Notes under the pieces: model-generated
The model's input: only the letters and a program-made list of their open reading frames with translations
What the model was told of the DNA's origin: nothing
The model's database searches: none
Shown: positions 1-9,857 of the stretch, piece by piece
How positions within the stretch are numbered: position 1 is the stretch's first letter
Layout of the letters: each line of letters begins with the position of its first letter
DNA from: Bdellovibrionales bacterium
GTDB lineage: Bacteria > Bdellovibrionota > Bdellovibrionia > Bdellovibrionales > UBA1609
DNA: 64,000 bases
NCBI GenBank assembly: GCA_965203095.1
Contig: OZ241877.1
Span: 224,001 to 288,000, forward strand
Reading direction: 5' to 3'
Position numbers and translations under genes: made by a program

Positions 1-96
1 GAAAAAAACCTTATCAGGCCCATAAGTGCACGTTTTATGAACAAAAAGGAGACTCAAAAATATGAAAAAGAATTTAAAACAAATGAAAACAGATAA
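1..96 (+). CDS. BrnT-family toxin, 3' end (partial)
   Basis: Frame 1 reads EKNLIRPISARFMNKKETQKYE..., the IR-x-ISAR C-terminal motif of BrnT; overlaps the antitoxin start. Confidence 0.75.
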   Translation, partial: EKNLIRPISARFMNKKETQKYEKEFKTNENR

Positions 97-304
97 ATCA
101 GCTGAGGATATTTTAAAACAAGATCTGTCCTCTTTTATAAATTCTAAGAATTTTAAGCTGTCACACTTTGAGCTAAAGCCCAAAAACAAAACAGTGACTC
201 TCAGAATATCAAAAGAGCTTTTAAAGGCTTTAAAAGCCAAAGCAAAAAAACAGGGAGTTAACTATCAAAAGCTTATCCGTCAAGCTCTTGAGCAGTCTCT
301 TTAA
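62..304 (+). CDS. BrnA/CopG-family ribbon-helix-helix antitoxin
   Basis: KTVTLRIS...LKAKAKKQGVNYQKLIRQAL RHH motif; start may be the Met at 83. Confidence 0.85.
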   Translation: MKKNLKQMKTDKSAEDILKQDLSSFINSKNFKLSHFELKPKNKTVTLRISKELLKALKAKAKKQGVNYQKLIRQALEQSL

Positions 305-361
305 ACTTAAAAGCTATTTCTTGAATCAGGCTTATATTCACTAATATAATAAAATCTAACT

Positions 362-434
362 TATACCGATTTTGTTTGAAAATCCCTGTTTTCTTTACCC
401 TTTTTTGACCGGAAAATTCAACTGTGATCAGTAT
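362..434. repeat. ~73-bp MITE-like repeat, family B copy
   Basis: TATACCGATTTTGTTTGAAAATCCCTG...ATCAGTAT; homologous to 23056-23129 and 48350-48421. Confidence 0.75.
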
Positions 435-859
435 CAGTCACCATGAATCAGTTTATTTACCGCTTCAGCTAATAGTTTTCTTCGTGCTTCAAGAAATTTT
501 TTAAAATGTTCTACTTTCCAGAGATTCTCATCTTCTACAGGTATAAACTGACTCTTTAAAGCTTCTTTCCCTTGTTTATTTATAATCTCTCTAAAATATT
601 TTTCTGGTTTGTGAGCTGAAATTCTTCTGTTAGTTCTACCACCTATAAAAGAAAGATTTGCAATTTCATTGATTTCTGATGGGGAGTATGTAGCTTGTAA
701 TATTTTCTTAGGAAAAATATGGTGAACTTGGATTTTATGAAATTTACCTTTTGTTCCTTTTGAGATGCCTATTCCTGATGCCCAGTCTTTTGCATTATTT
801 TTTTTAGAAGCCATGTAAATCATTGCAAAAAGAGGATTATTTCGCTTTTTACCTTTCAA
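434..859 (-). pseudogene. C-terminal HNH-like fragment of a GmrSD/DUF262-type restriction protein
   Basis: HHIFPK...NEIANLSFI...NRRIS...FLEARRKLL motif; frame closed by a stop about 9 codons upstream of the TTG; N-terminal domain absent. Confidence 0.7.
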
Positions 860-954
860 ATCATCAGCATGGATTCGGTTTCTCCCTCAGTCCAAAGCCC
901 TCAGCTATCAAATAAGCTCTTTTTGTGAAAAATTTACAAAAGACTCTCTAATTC

Positions 955-983
955 TTTACTTTCCCGGACAATCCTGCTATAAA
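955..983 (+). promoter_or_regulatory. sigma70-like promoter, probably leaderless
   Basis: TTTACT-17-TATAAA with TG extension; ATG 7 nt downstream, no SD. Confidence 0.55.
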
Positions 984-990
984 ACAACCA

Positions 991-1539
991 ATGAAAATAC
1001 TATTAAGCCTTATCCTTTTAATAAGCCTGCCGGCTTTTTCTGAAAACACGGAGCCAGTTGATCCCACAAAACAAGCAGAATTGATTGAACAAATCAGACA
1101 AGGGAAAAAAGACTTAAGAAGGGCAGACTTGAGAGGGGCAGACTTGACTAATGCGGACTTGGAAGGGGCGAACCTGGCTTTTGCAAACTTGTATAAAGCG
1201 AACTTGTTAAGGGCGGACCTGGAAGGGGCGATTTTAATAGGGGCAGACTTGACAGAGGCAGACTTGACTAATGCGGACTTGGAAGGGGCGAACCTGGCTT
1301 TTGCAAACTTGTATAAAGCGAACTTGTTAAGGGCGGACTTGGAAGGGGCGATTTTAATAGGGGCAAACTTGAGAAAAACGAACCTGAATGCGGCAAACCT
1401 GGAGGGGGGGGCGGACTTAACAGGAGCGAAAATAGAAGGGACAGGCTTTTTTGGAACGAGATTGGAAGGAGCTTATATAGACTCAAAACATAAGCAAAAC
1501 CAATATATATTTAGACCGGATATTAACTGGGTGGATTAA
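991..1539 (+). CDS. Secreted pentapeptide-repeat protein
   Basis: Signal peptide plus A(D/N)Lxx repeats; internal 120-bp duplication. Confidence 0.9.
   Translation: MKILLSLILLISLPAFSENTEPVDPTKQAELIEQIRQGKKDLRRADLRGADLTNADLEGANLAFANLYKANLLRADLEGAILIGADLTEADLTNADLEGANLAFANLYKANLLRADLEGAILIGANLRKTNLNAANLEGGADLTGAKIEGTGFFGTRLEGAYIDSKHKQNQYIFRPDINWVD
1141..1370 (+). repeat. 120-bp near-perfect tandem duplication
   Basis: 1141-1250 repeated at 1261-1370 with very few mismatches. Confidence 0.9.
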
Positions 1540-1636
1540 GCCTCAGAACCCTCTATTTTTCTCTCTAATCTCTATCTATATTCCAGCACAAATAAGCTTT
1601 ATTCATGCAGGGTTTTAGAGCACTTTAAATAAAAGC

Positions 1637-1665
1637 TTGACATTCCCGGACAATGGACTGATAAT
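1637..1665 (+). promoter_or_regulatory. sigma70-like promoter within conserved upstream block
   Basis: TTGACA-17-GATAAT; same arrangement at 38151-38123 on the minus strand. Confidence 0.7.
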
Positions 1666-1708
1666 GGATATATGAAGATATTGATTAACCAAAAACAAAG
1701 GAGCTATT

Positions 1709-2050
1709 ATGATTGAAACAATATGGACGGTTGCAGGTGTTGTGGCGGGAACGGTTATAGCTGTAGTGGCTATCTTAGCTTTTCTTTTGTCTGTTTTTAA
1801 CTCTATTTTAGAGTCAAAACTAAAAATACAAATAGATCCAATAAAACAGGATATAGCTAAGCTTGAGAAAAGAATGGACAGCTTTGATAATGAGTTAAAA
1901 GAGCTTAAAGCTGGACAAGCTAAGCTTGAGGATGGACAAGCTAAGCTTGAGGATGGACAAGCTAAGCTTGAGGATGGACAAGCTAAGCTTGAGGATGGAC
2001 TAACTAAGCTTAATGAAAAGCTGGATAAGATTTTAGCAAAACAGCAATAG
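1709..2050 (+). CDS. Membrane-anchored heptad-repeat coiled-coil protein (paralog of 37686-38087)
   Basis: AAGGAG SD, N-terminal TM, IDPIKQDIAKLE, (GQAKLED)x4. Confidence 0.85.
   Translation: MIETIWTVAGVVAGTVIAVVAILAFLLSVFNSILESKLKIQIDPIKQDIAKLEKRMDSFDNELKELKAGQAKLEDGQAKLEDGQAKLEDGQAKLEDGLTKLNEKLDKILAKQQ
1913..1996 (+). repeat. 21-bp perfect tandem repeat x4
   Basis: GGACAAGCTAAGCTTGAGGAT x4. Confidence 0.95.
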
Positions 2051-2058
2051 AGTCTATT

Positions 2059-2091
2059 TAGTCGCCTGAGAAAAAGGCCCCTTAAATACCC
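2059..2091. repeat. MITE-like family A end
   Basis: TAGTCGCCTGAGAAAAAGGCCCCTTAAATACCC; near-identical to 17668-17700. Confidence 0.7.
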
Positions 2092-2159
2092 TGAACCTTT
2101 AATAAAATAGGGCTTGAAAACTTTGGGATTTTCCTATAAAATAATAAAATGAGTTTTTC

Positions 2160-2235
2160 TCAGGTGTAGCTCAGCCGGTAGAGCAAGTGGCTGTTAACCA
2201 CTGGGTCGGGGGTTCGAATCCCTCCACCTGAGCCA
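2160..2235 (+). tRNA. tRNA-Asn(GTT)
   Basis: Cloverleaf, TCAGGTG/CACCTGA acceptor, CTGTTAA loop, CCA end. Confidence 0.97.
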
Positions 2236-2251
2236 TTGTTTTCACAGACGA

Positions 2252-3223
2252 CTATATATTTTCTAAAAAAGTCAGAATCTGAGCCTTTATCTCCTTTGGG
2301 CAGGCTTTTGGAATGCTGGCTCCGGCAGAATGGCAATGCCCGCCTCCACCAAAGTTTTGAGCTAAAGGGAGAATATCTTTTGATTGGGATCGAAAACTCA
2401 GTTTAAGGGATTCATCATTATTTTCCACTAACAAAACCGCGACCTCCACAGTATCCACATCCTTTATCATATCTATTAAATCATAAGCTTGAGTGATATC
2501 GGTTTTGTATTTTGTAAAATCTTCCTCTGTGAGATGCAAAAAGGCCATTTTGTTATTAAAGTGATACTCTGTTTTTTTTAGATTTTCCATAAAATGCAGT
2601 TTGTCTTTTGTGAGGTTTTTAAACAGATTTTCATAAATCAAATTCACATCTTTTATTTTGGGCAGTATTTCCGCCGAAATGGCAAAAGGCTCAGGTGAGT
2701 TTTTAATACAGCGAAAGCAATGGGTATCAAAAACAATGCTGGTAAATAAGCAGGTCGCCATATCCTCATCTAAAGGAATCTGGAGTTTTTTCAATAAGCT
2801 ATAAATCAGCTCGGCAGAGCTGGAGGCCTTTTCATCCACAAAAAAATGATCGGTCTTGTTTTTTTGAATTAAAGGGTGATGATCAATAAAATAAACGGAG
2901 TGGCCATTTCTTTTGATAGAAGAATAAAGAGGCTCGATTTGCCGACTGTCATTCACATCCACAAAAACTCCCAGGCTGTTGGGCGGGAGAGAGGGCTTTT
3001 TCAGGTCAAAAATCTGAATAATTTTTTGTCTATCCATAAAACTATATTTGGAATGGGGCTTTTCCATAGTAAAAAAAGAGGCTTTTTGCCCAATGGACTT
3101 CAAAGCATAATAAAGAGCCAGCCCGGCCCCCAGGCCGTCCCCATCACATGCCCTGTGTGTGGAAATAACAAAATGAGGAGCTTTTTTTTTAAAGAGAGAA
3201 AGGAATTTTTCATCATACATCAA
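2252..3223 (-). CDS. nrnA: DHH/DHHA1 phosphoesterase (NrnA-like)
   Basis: H..CDGDG, IDHH, DT, SFRS and GGGGH motifs. Confidence 0.85.
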   Translation of the reverse strand: MMYDEKFLSLFKKKAPHFVISTHRACDGDGLGAGLALYYALKSIGQKASFFTMEKPHSKYSFMDRQKIIQIFDLKKPSLPPNSLGVFVDVNDSRQIEPLYSSIKRNGHSVYFIDHHPLIQKNKTDHFFVDEKASSSAELIYSLLKKLQIPLDEDMATCLFTSIVFDTHCFRCIKNSPEPFAISAEILPKIKDVNLIYENLFKNLTKDKLHFMENLKKTEYHFNNKMAFLHLTEEDFTKYKTDITQAYDLIDMIKDVDTVEVAVLLVENNDESLKLSFRSQSKDILPLAQNFGGGGHCHSAGASIPKACPKEIKAQILTFLENI

Positions 3224-3346
3224 TCCCTATATCGGCTGTTTTAGGCCAAAAACAAAATAAATGCTCAAGGTTTTGAAAATAGAGACATAATTTTGCTTGG
3301 CAAGGCTTTTTTTGTGTGATAGCTATATTGGCTTTTAGGAGTATTT

Positions 3347-3820
3347 ATGGATAGACAACCTATAACAGCCGAAGGCAAAAAGCATTTGGAAGAACTGTTA
3401 AAAAAACTCATTCAAATCGAGCGGCCCAAGGTCATTAAAGCCATTCAGTCCGCCAGAGCCCACGGGGATTTGAGCGAAAATGCGGATTATGACGCGGCAA
3501 AGGAGCAACAGGCCCTTTTAGAAGGCCGAATTGCCGATCTGAGTCATAAGTTGGCTAAAGCCCAGGTAGTGGACAGCTCTAAAATCTCTTCTGACAAAAT
3601 CACTTTTGGAGCTTATGTGGATTTAAAAGATTTAGATAACAATCAAAAAACCAGCTATCAAATTGTAGGGGAGTATGAGGCCGATATCTCTAAAGGAAAG
3701 CTCTCTATCAGTTCTCCCTTAGCTAAAAAAATGATTGGCTTAAAAAAAAGCGACAGTTTTTTGCTCAGCACACCTAAAGGGGAGAGAGAATACAAAGTGA
3801 TGGGTTTTTATTTTAAATGA
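3347..3820 (+). CDS. greA: Transcription elongation factor GreA
   Basis: ARAHGDLSENADYDAAKEQQ, SISSPLA. Confidence 0.97.
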   Translation: MDRQPITAEGKKHLEELLKKLIQIERPKVIKAIQSARAHGDLSENADYDAAKEQQALLEGRIADLSHKLAKAQVVDSSKISSDKITFGAYVDLKDLDNNQKTSYQIVGEYEADISKGKLSISSPLAKKMIGLKKSDSFLLSTPKGEREYKVMGFYFK

Positions 3821-4826
3821 TCTCTCTAATATGTGGGAGATAATCTAAAAGCCCAACGGATGAGCCTGTCTTTTTTCCAAGGGCTTTTTCTAAAAAACTT
3901 TTGGGCTTCTCCAGGCTGATTTTATAGACATTGTGAGTTTTTAGTTTTTCCAAAATGTAATCGTCTGAGCATTTTATCTGATCCACCAAGCCTTTTTTTA
4001 ATGCCTCTTCGGCCAGCCAGGCCTCCCCTGTAGCAGTCTTTTCTAAATCAATGTCCCTATATTGCCGAACAAAACTTTTAAACTGATTATGGATCTGATC
4101 CAACTGCTTTTTCAACCTTTCTCTTTTTTCATCAGTCACTTCTCCTAAAGCAGTGACTGTTCTTTTATCCTTTCCCGCGGTAAACTCCTCATAACTGACA
4201 TTGTGTTTCTTTAAAAAATCATGAATATTGGGAATGCCAAAAATAACCCCGATAGAACCTATAAAAGCAAATGGGGAGGATAAGATCTGATCCCCCACAC
4301 AGGCCATAAGGTAGCCTCCACTCCCTGCAAATTTATCTACACAAACAGTTAAGGGAATTTTATGTTCCCTTAACCTTTGCAGTTGATTGGCCGCTAAACC
4401 ATAGTGGGAGACTGAGCCTCCGCGACTATTTAAAATAAGAGCTGTGGAATCTTTACTTTGGGCTATGTTTAAAACTAAAGAAATCTCCTCTCTTAGATTC
4501 TCCACTTGTGAAGCCAGTATATCACCGTTAAATGAAAGCACAAAAAGAGAGGGCCTGCTTTTTTTATCCTCTCTTCTTTTTTTAAAACTTTTTAAATATT
4601 TTTTAAATTCCTTTTTGCCCATTGTTTTTTGTTTGAATTGATGAATGTATTTTCTATAATAACTTTCCATATCTTCCAGATGGAGTTTTTTCTTGCTTTT
4701 GCTCTCCCCTTTGATTTTAGCTATAGTAAAAATAGGAACAATTACACAAACCAAAACAGAGATTATGACCACCAGGCTTTTCAGGCAGAAAAACAAAAGA
4801 GAATAAAAAGAGCTATCCCAATCCAT
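3813..4826 (-). CDS. sohB: S49 protease SohB
   Basis: LNSRGGSVSHYGLAANQLQRLR, VDKFAGSGGYLMAC, GSIGV. Confidence 0.93.
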   Translation of the reverse strand: MDWDSSFYSLLFFCLKSLVVIISVLVCVIVPIFTIAKIKGESKSKKKLHLEDMESYYRKYIHQFKQKTMGKKEFKKYLKSFKKRREDKKSRPSLFVLSFNGDILASQVENLREEISLVLNIAQSKDSTALILNSRGGSVSHYGLAANQLQRLREHKIPLTVCVDKFAGSGGYLMACVGDQILSSPFAFIGSIGVIFGIPNIHDFLKKHNVSYEEFTAGKDKRTVTALGEVTDEKRERLKKQLDQIHNQFKSFVRQYRDIDLEKTATGEAWLAEEALKKGLVDQIKCSDDYILEKLKTHNVYKISLEKPKSFLEKALGKKTGSSVGLLDYLPHIREII

Positions 4827-4871
4827 ATCAGGGAAGTATCATAAATTGTTTTTAAAGGTCAAGAGGATGGT

Positions 4872-5582
4872 ATGAGGGAAAAAAGTGGACTCTTTTTAAG
4901 TTGTGATTTCCATCATTTTCTCAAACTCCAGAGGGCTTTTATAGCCCAAAGCGGAATGGAGGCGGTGGGTATTATACCAAGCCCCTTAAAGTGGAAAAGA
5001 TCCCTACAAGAGGAGGATTTTGGTTCTTTTTTCCAAAAAATTCCTGTTGAATCTAAAAAAGATATGTTAAACTATGGCTTGAGGATAATAAACACGCAAG
5101 AGCCTAAGATTCGAAAGGCTCTTAGGGCTGGGGAGTTTAAGGGTTATAGTGTAATAAAATTATTGTCTGAGGTATGGGGTTTAAAGAAGAAAATAACTCC
5201 ATTAAAGGTAAGGGATGTTTATGCTGAGTTTGATGAGATATTGAAGGGTTTAAAGGGGGAGGAGAGGAAGACTGTAGAGTTGAGGATATTGGAGTATTTG
5301 AGGGATAATAGGGGTTTAGATTCGAAGATTTGGGAAAAGGTGGAGAAACTGCTTGTATCAAAAGGGATATTAAAACAAGGAGGGCTTATGCAAGATGTTT
5401 GGGAAATTATCAGAGAGAAAGGTCGCTGGGAAGGTGAAAGACAAGGCTTAAGAAAAGGCCGACAAGAAGGACGGCAGGAAGTTGTCCAAAATATGTTGAA
5501 AGAAAAGGCAGATATTTCCTTTATTACTAAAGTGACTGGGTTTTCTGAAAAAGCAATAAAACAGCTGAAAAACAGTTCTTAA
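4872..5582 (+). pseudogene. N-terminally truncated Rpn/YhgA-like (PD-(D/E)XK) protein
   Basis: Typical Rpn tail EKGRWEGERQGLRKGRQEGRQEVVQNML...ITKVTGFS; catalytic N-terminal region not visible. Confidence 0.7.
5388..5582 (+). CDS. Putative gene-internal small protein (RpnS-like, 64 aa)
   Basis: AAGGAGG SD before in-frame ATG at 5388. Confidence 0.55.
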   Translation: MQDVWEIIREKGRWEGERQGLRKGRQEGRQEVVQNMLKEKADISFITKVTGFSEKAIKQLKNSS

Positions 5583-5588
5583 AGTGCC

Positions 5589-7052
5589 ATGAACCTAACA
5601 CAAGTCAGCTCAGCTTTTACTTTTGATGACATATCCTTAAGGCCCTCTTATTCAGAAGTCCTGCCTTCAGAAACAGACATTTCCTCCTCACTCTGCCCAC
5701 AATTTACTGTTCAAATGCCCATTATTTCCGCGGCTATGGACACCGTTACTGAAAACAAAATGGCCAGAGTCATGGCCCAAAAAGGCGGGTTTGGGCTGAT
5801 TCACAAAAACATGAGCATTGCCTCTCAAGCTAAAGAGGTGGAGAAAGTAAAAAAATACGAAAGCGGGATGATTTTAGATCCCATCAGCCTCTCTCCTGAG
5901 GACTTGTTGGAAAAGGCCCATGAGATTATGAAAACTCACTCCATTAGCGGGGTTCCCGTCACACAAGGAAAAAAGCTTGTAGGCATTATCACCCATAGAG
6001 ATCTTCGTTTTGAAACAGATCTAAAGCAGGTTGTTCGCCAATTTATGACTCCCAAAGAAAAGCTGATCACGGCAAAAAAAGACATTGCTTTGCCAGAGGC
6101 AAAAAAAATCCTCCACCAATACCGTATAGAAAAACTACCTGTTGTAGATAAAAACTTTCATCTTATAGGGCTTATCACTATTAAGGATATTGAAAAGGCC
6201 ACCGCCTTTCCCACAGCCAAAAAAGATTCCAGAGGACGGCTGTTTGTGGGTGCGGCACTTTCTGCCGGTAAAGATGTGGAGCAAAGGCTCTCCGCTCTTA
6301 TTGAGGCGGGGACTGATCTGATCTGTGTAGACACAGCCCACGGACATTCTAAAAGGGTTTTAGACCTCACTCGCCATATTAAAAAAAGCTATCCTGATTG
6401 TTGGCTCATGGCTGGTAATGTGGCCACAAGTGAAGGGACAAAGGCTCTTATTGAGGCGGGAGCGGATATTGTCAAGGTGGGGATAGGCCCAGGAAGTATA
6501 TGCACTACCCGCATTATCTCTGGAGTTGGTATTCCTCAAATCAGTGCGATAATGGAATGCTCTAAAACAGCAAAACAGATGGGCCGGGCGGTGGTAGCGG
6601 ATGGAGGGATCAAATATTCTGGAGATATTGTCAAGGCTTTGGCCTTAGGTGCCCAGGCCGTCATGTTAGGCAATCTGCTGGCGGGGGCGGATGAAAGCCC
6701 TGGAGAGACTGTGCTTTATAGGGGTAGGAGTTATAAAGTTTATAGGGGTATGGGGAGCTTGGCCGCTATGAAAAAAGGCTCTAAGGAGAGGTATGGCCAG
6801 GAAGACATACTTTCCAGCAAACTGGCCCCTGAGGGCATTGAGGGCCGAGTGCCTTACAGAGGCCCTGTCAGCACAATTTTAGATCAGCTTATTGGGGGGC
6901 TGAAAGCGGGCTTAGGCTATACCGGCTCAAAAAATATTTCTGCCCTTCAAAAAAATGCCCAATTTGTCCGCCTCAGTGCACAAAGCTTGAAAGAATCCCA
7001 TGTCCATGATGTGACTATCACAAAAGAAGCCCCTAACTACTATTTAGATTGA
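5589..7052 (+). CDS. guaB: IMP dehydrogenase
   Basis: [29 protein letters not shown] pair. Confidence 0.98.
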   Translation: MNLTQVSSAFTFDDISLRPSYSEVLPSETDISSSLCPQFTVQMPIISAAMDTVTENKMARVMAQKGGFGLIHKNMSIASQAKEVEKVKKYESGMILDPISLSPEDLLEKAHEIMKTHSISGVPVTQGKKLVGIITHRDLRFETDLKQVVRQFMTPKEKLITAKKDIALPEAKKILHQYRIEKLPVVDKNFHLIGLITIKDIEKATAFPTAKKDSRGRLFVGAALSAGKDVEQRLSALIEAGTDLICVDTAHGHSKRVLDLTRHIKKSYPDCWLMAGNVATSEGTKALIEAGADIVKVGIGPGSICTTRIISGVGIPQISAIMECSKTAKQMGRAVVADGGIKYSGDIVKALALGAQAVMLGNLLAGADESPGETVLYRGRSYKVYRGMGSLAAMKKGSKERYGQEDILSSKLAPEGIEGRVPYRGPVSTILDQLIGGLKAGLGYTGSKNISALQKNAQFVRLSAQSLKESHVHDVTITKEAPNYYLD

Positions 7053-7066
7053 GTAAGAGCCGAGGC

Positions 7067-8317
7067 TCAAGATAGAGGGAAAAGCCGAATATCCCGCAAA
7101 TCTTTCTTTTTGGACATAGCCAAAAACAGGCGATCTAAGCCCAAAGCCACACCACTAACGGGGGGCATTCCCTCCTGCATTAAAGCCAATAATTGCTCAT
7201 CTGGAGGGATAGAATCTTTTCTCTGTTGAATCTGCTCTTTAAACAGCTCTTTTTGCTCTTCGGGATCAATCACCTCAAAAAAGCCATTAGCCAACTCAAA
7301 ACCCTGCCAATACAGTTCAAAGCGATCGGCCCAACCGGCCAAGTTCAGGCGAGCAAAAGCTCTCAACTGAGGGGGCCAGTCGCAAATAAAAGTCGGGATT
7401 TCAACATCTAATTGACACTCTATTTTATTTAAAAATATTAAGAAAAACAGATCTTCAAAACTGTCTTTTGAAGAAACTTTAAACCCCTCTTTTTGCAATA
7501 AACAAAACAGATCTTTTTTAGAAGTTTGTGGGCTGAGAGTAAAGTTGAGAAACTTTTTAAAAAGCTCTTCCATACTAAAAATCTGCACTGGGGGCAAAGG
7601 AGCTTTAAAAAAAACTTTTTTCTTTAAAAAAGAAAGCAGTTTCCCACATTCTCTCATCAACTGATTTGTGGAGTAAAATGCACGATACCACTCCAATAAA
7701 GTAAATTCCGCTTGATGATTAGGTCCTGATTCGCCATTTCGATAACAGGTTTTGATCTCAAAAAAATCGGTCCAATCCTGGCACAAAAGTTTTTTTAAGT
7801 GCAGTTCCGGGCTGGTGGCCAAATACATTTTTTGAGTTTGGCCCTTATTCAGCCACTGGGTTTGAAAAGGCTTAAGGTGAGGCTCTGTCCCCGGGCAATT
7901 CACCAAAGTAGGGCTAAAGGCTGGGGCTAAACCCTCAGAGCTAAAAAAAGATTCCACTGTATGTAAAAAATCCTGCCAATCCCTCAATACCTGACCTTTG
8001 CTTTGATAAGAAAATTCAGACACAGAAGAACTGGAATAAGGCCCTAAACTAAAAGCCTTTTCCGCTTGATAAACTGAGCCTTTTTTTGAAAGCAGTTTCA
8101 CAACATGCCAAGCCCCTGCATTTAATGAGCTATCCAATGTTTCGCACAATATAGACAGCCCCTGAGAGCTTAGCCGATAGCGGTGAGGGCCTTCGGGAAA
8201 GCACCGGCCCGCCACATAACAAGGCAAAGGCTTTTGGCCGAGATGAAAAAAACGACTGAGGGAAAACACAGTATTTTTATCCCAAAAATCGTATTCTGCT
8301 TTGATTGAGGATTTCAT
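7067..8317 (-). CDS. epmA: EF-P lysine aminoacylase
   Basis: LATSPELHLKKLL, YRNGE..HQAEFTLLEWYR, ELANGF, GVALGLDRL. Confidence 0.92.
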   Translation of the reverse strand: MKSSIKAEYDFWDKNTVFSLSRFFHLGQKPLPCYVAGRCFPEGPHRYRLSSQGLSILCETLDSSLNAGAWHVVKLLSKKGSVYQAEKAFSLGPYSSSSVSEFSYQSKGQVLRDWQDFLHTVESFFSSEGLAPAFSPTLVNCPGTEPHLKPFQTQWLNKGQTQKMYLATSPELHLKKLLCQDWTDFFEIKTCYRNGESGPNHQAEFTLLEWYRAFYSTNQLMRECGKLLSFLKKKVFFKAPLPPVQIFSMEELFKKFLNFTLSPQTSKKDLFCLLQKEGFKVSSKDSFEDLFFLIFLNKIECQLDVEIPTFICDWPPQLRAFARLNLAGWADRFELYWQGFELANGFFEVIDPEEQKELFKEQIQQRKDSIPPDEQLLALMQEGMPPVSGVALGLDRLFLAMSKKKDLRDIRLFPLS

Positions 8318-8388
8318 ATCGTTTGAAGTGGCATATTGGCTCTAAAAAAGGAGCAAAGGCTCTGTAAAACCCCTTTTTATAGAACGGG

Positions 8389-9096
8389 TTATAGAACGGG
8401 CAGACACATTTCCTTTGCTAAATCATGGTAAAACTTGGAAGAAGTCTTACTCTGAGGGATACTTTCAAGAAAAGGGTGAAAGGCCGCTAAGGCATTTCCT
8501 TTTTCTTCCTTAAAATGTTCTGGATGAATTAAAAATGGGGGGAGGAGAAACTTTGTCACACGAAGAGGGACAGGATCTTGTTCTGCCCGCCTTTCATATA
8601 AGACCAACTGAAGCCCCTCCCAACTCTCTTCTGTAATAAGACAAACTTCAAAAAGATGATCTAAGAAAAAATAGTCTGGCTCCCTTTTTATCTCCACCTC
8701 CACAAGATAGGCATCAATAATTTGAGACTGGATCAATGCCTCTTTAGAGAATTTTTCTATCGTTTTTATAGGGAGTGAAGAGCCATACCTCATTTTATCC
8801 CCCCTTAGAGTGAAGGGATAGACCTGCAAAAAGAGATCCTCATTTTTCAAAAAGCTTTTAGGGCTTTTGGCAATATCCATAAGAACGCAACGAGGATCTG
8901 GGTTTTCAGAATCCTTATAAACATAGCCCATAAAGGTTGTATCAGTAAACTGATTGCAGGAAAGGTAGTGGGTATTGGATTGAGATGTGGAGGCATAAGC
9001 TACCAAGGACTCCTTTGCCGATTGTGCTCGCTGGTCCGGCTGAGCACAGGAGATCAAAAGCCAAAAAAGTAAGCTATATCTTAGACAAAAGTCCAT
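8389..9096 (-). CDS. Hypothetical lipoprotein
   Basis: Lipobox-like LLISC; 235-aa ORF. Confidence 0.7.
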   Translation of the reverse strand: MDFCLRYSLLFWLLISCAQPDQRAQSAKESLVAYASTSQSNTHYLSCNQFTDTTFMGYVYKDSENPDPRCVLMDIAKSPKSFLKNEDLFLQVYPFTLRGDKMRYGSSLPIKTIEKFSKEALIQSQIIDAYLVEVEIKREPDYFFLDHLFEVCLITEESWEGLQLVLYERRAEQDPVPLRVTKFLLPPFLIHPEHFKEEKGNALAAFHPFLESIPQSKTSSKFYHDLAKEMCLPVL

Positions 9097-9191
9097 ACCA
9101 ATACAATTTTCGGATTATACAGCTTAAAAATTGAATTTTTTTAAAAAAAATAGGTTTGACAAATCCCTTGAACTTTGAGAAAAGTAAGAAA

Positions 9192-9857
9192 ATGAGGTTT
9201 TTATTCTGCTTTTTTCTTATAGCCGGCCTGTCCTGCACAACAGAAGAGGACGGGGGGCGACGGTTTCGCGATGGACGGGTGAAAACAGACAGCAAAGATC
9301 GAAAACAAGGCTCAAAGCCTCCAACAAGTTCAGATTCAGTAGTAGAAACAGAGGTCGAAACCACTCCAACAACTTCAACCAGCCCAAGGGGTTCAACACC
9401 TCCTCTGCCCCCTCCTCCAGCAAAAGTCCAACCAGTGGAGGAGAATATGCCCTTCCCTGTGGTTCTCAACACAAAACATACCAGCATTTCGATCGAATCG
9501 GGAGCTGGGCTGACTTCTGTCATTTCCGCTGAGCCTCAGGCCAATCCAGTGGATCTTGTTGCCGGAAAAAAGGGGCAACTAAGCATATCCACTCAAAATG
9601 GCAAACATTACCTCACTTTGTCCTTAGCTAATAGCACAAAAACTTTCCATTACGATCTGGTAGAAAACCAAACCACTCTCAAAGTGACCAATGGGAAAAA
9701 TGTAAACCCAAGGGAGCTTTTAGCAAAAACCACAGGAGCTGTTATTTTTTACATTAAACAGGATAAAAGGCCAGTAAAGCTCTGTTTCTCCATCAACAGC
9801 ATGCCACCGGGGATTAAAGTGATCAATAACTTCCCTAAATTTCCAGGTTGCGATTAG
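9192..9857 (+). CDS. Hypothetical lipoprotein with Pro/Thr-rich linker
   Basis: MRFLFCFFLIAGLSC lipobox; start moved to ATG 9192. Confidence 0.7.
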   Translation: MRFLFCFFLIAGLSCTTEEDGGRRFRDGRVKTDSKDRKQGSKPPTSSDSVVETEVETTPTTSTSPRGSTPPLPPPPAKVQPVEENMPFPVVLNTKHTSISIESGAGLTSVISAEPQANPVDLVAGKKGQLSISTQNGKHYLTLSLANSTKTFHYDLVENQTTLKVTNGKNVNPRELLAKTTGAVIFYIKQDKRPVKLCFSINSMPPGIKVINNFPKFPGCD

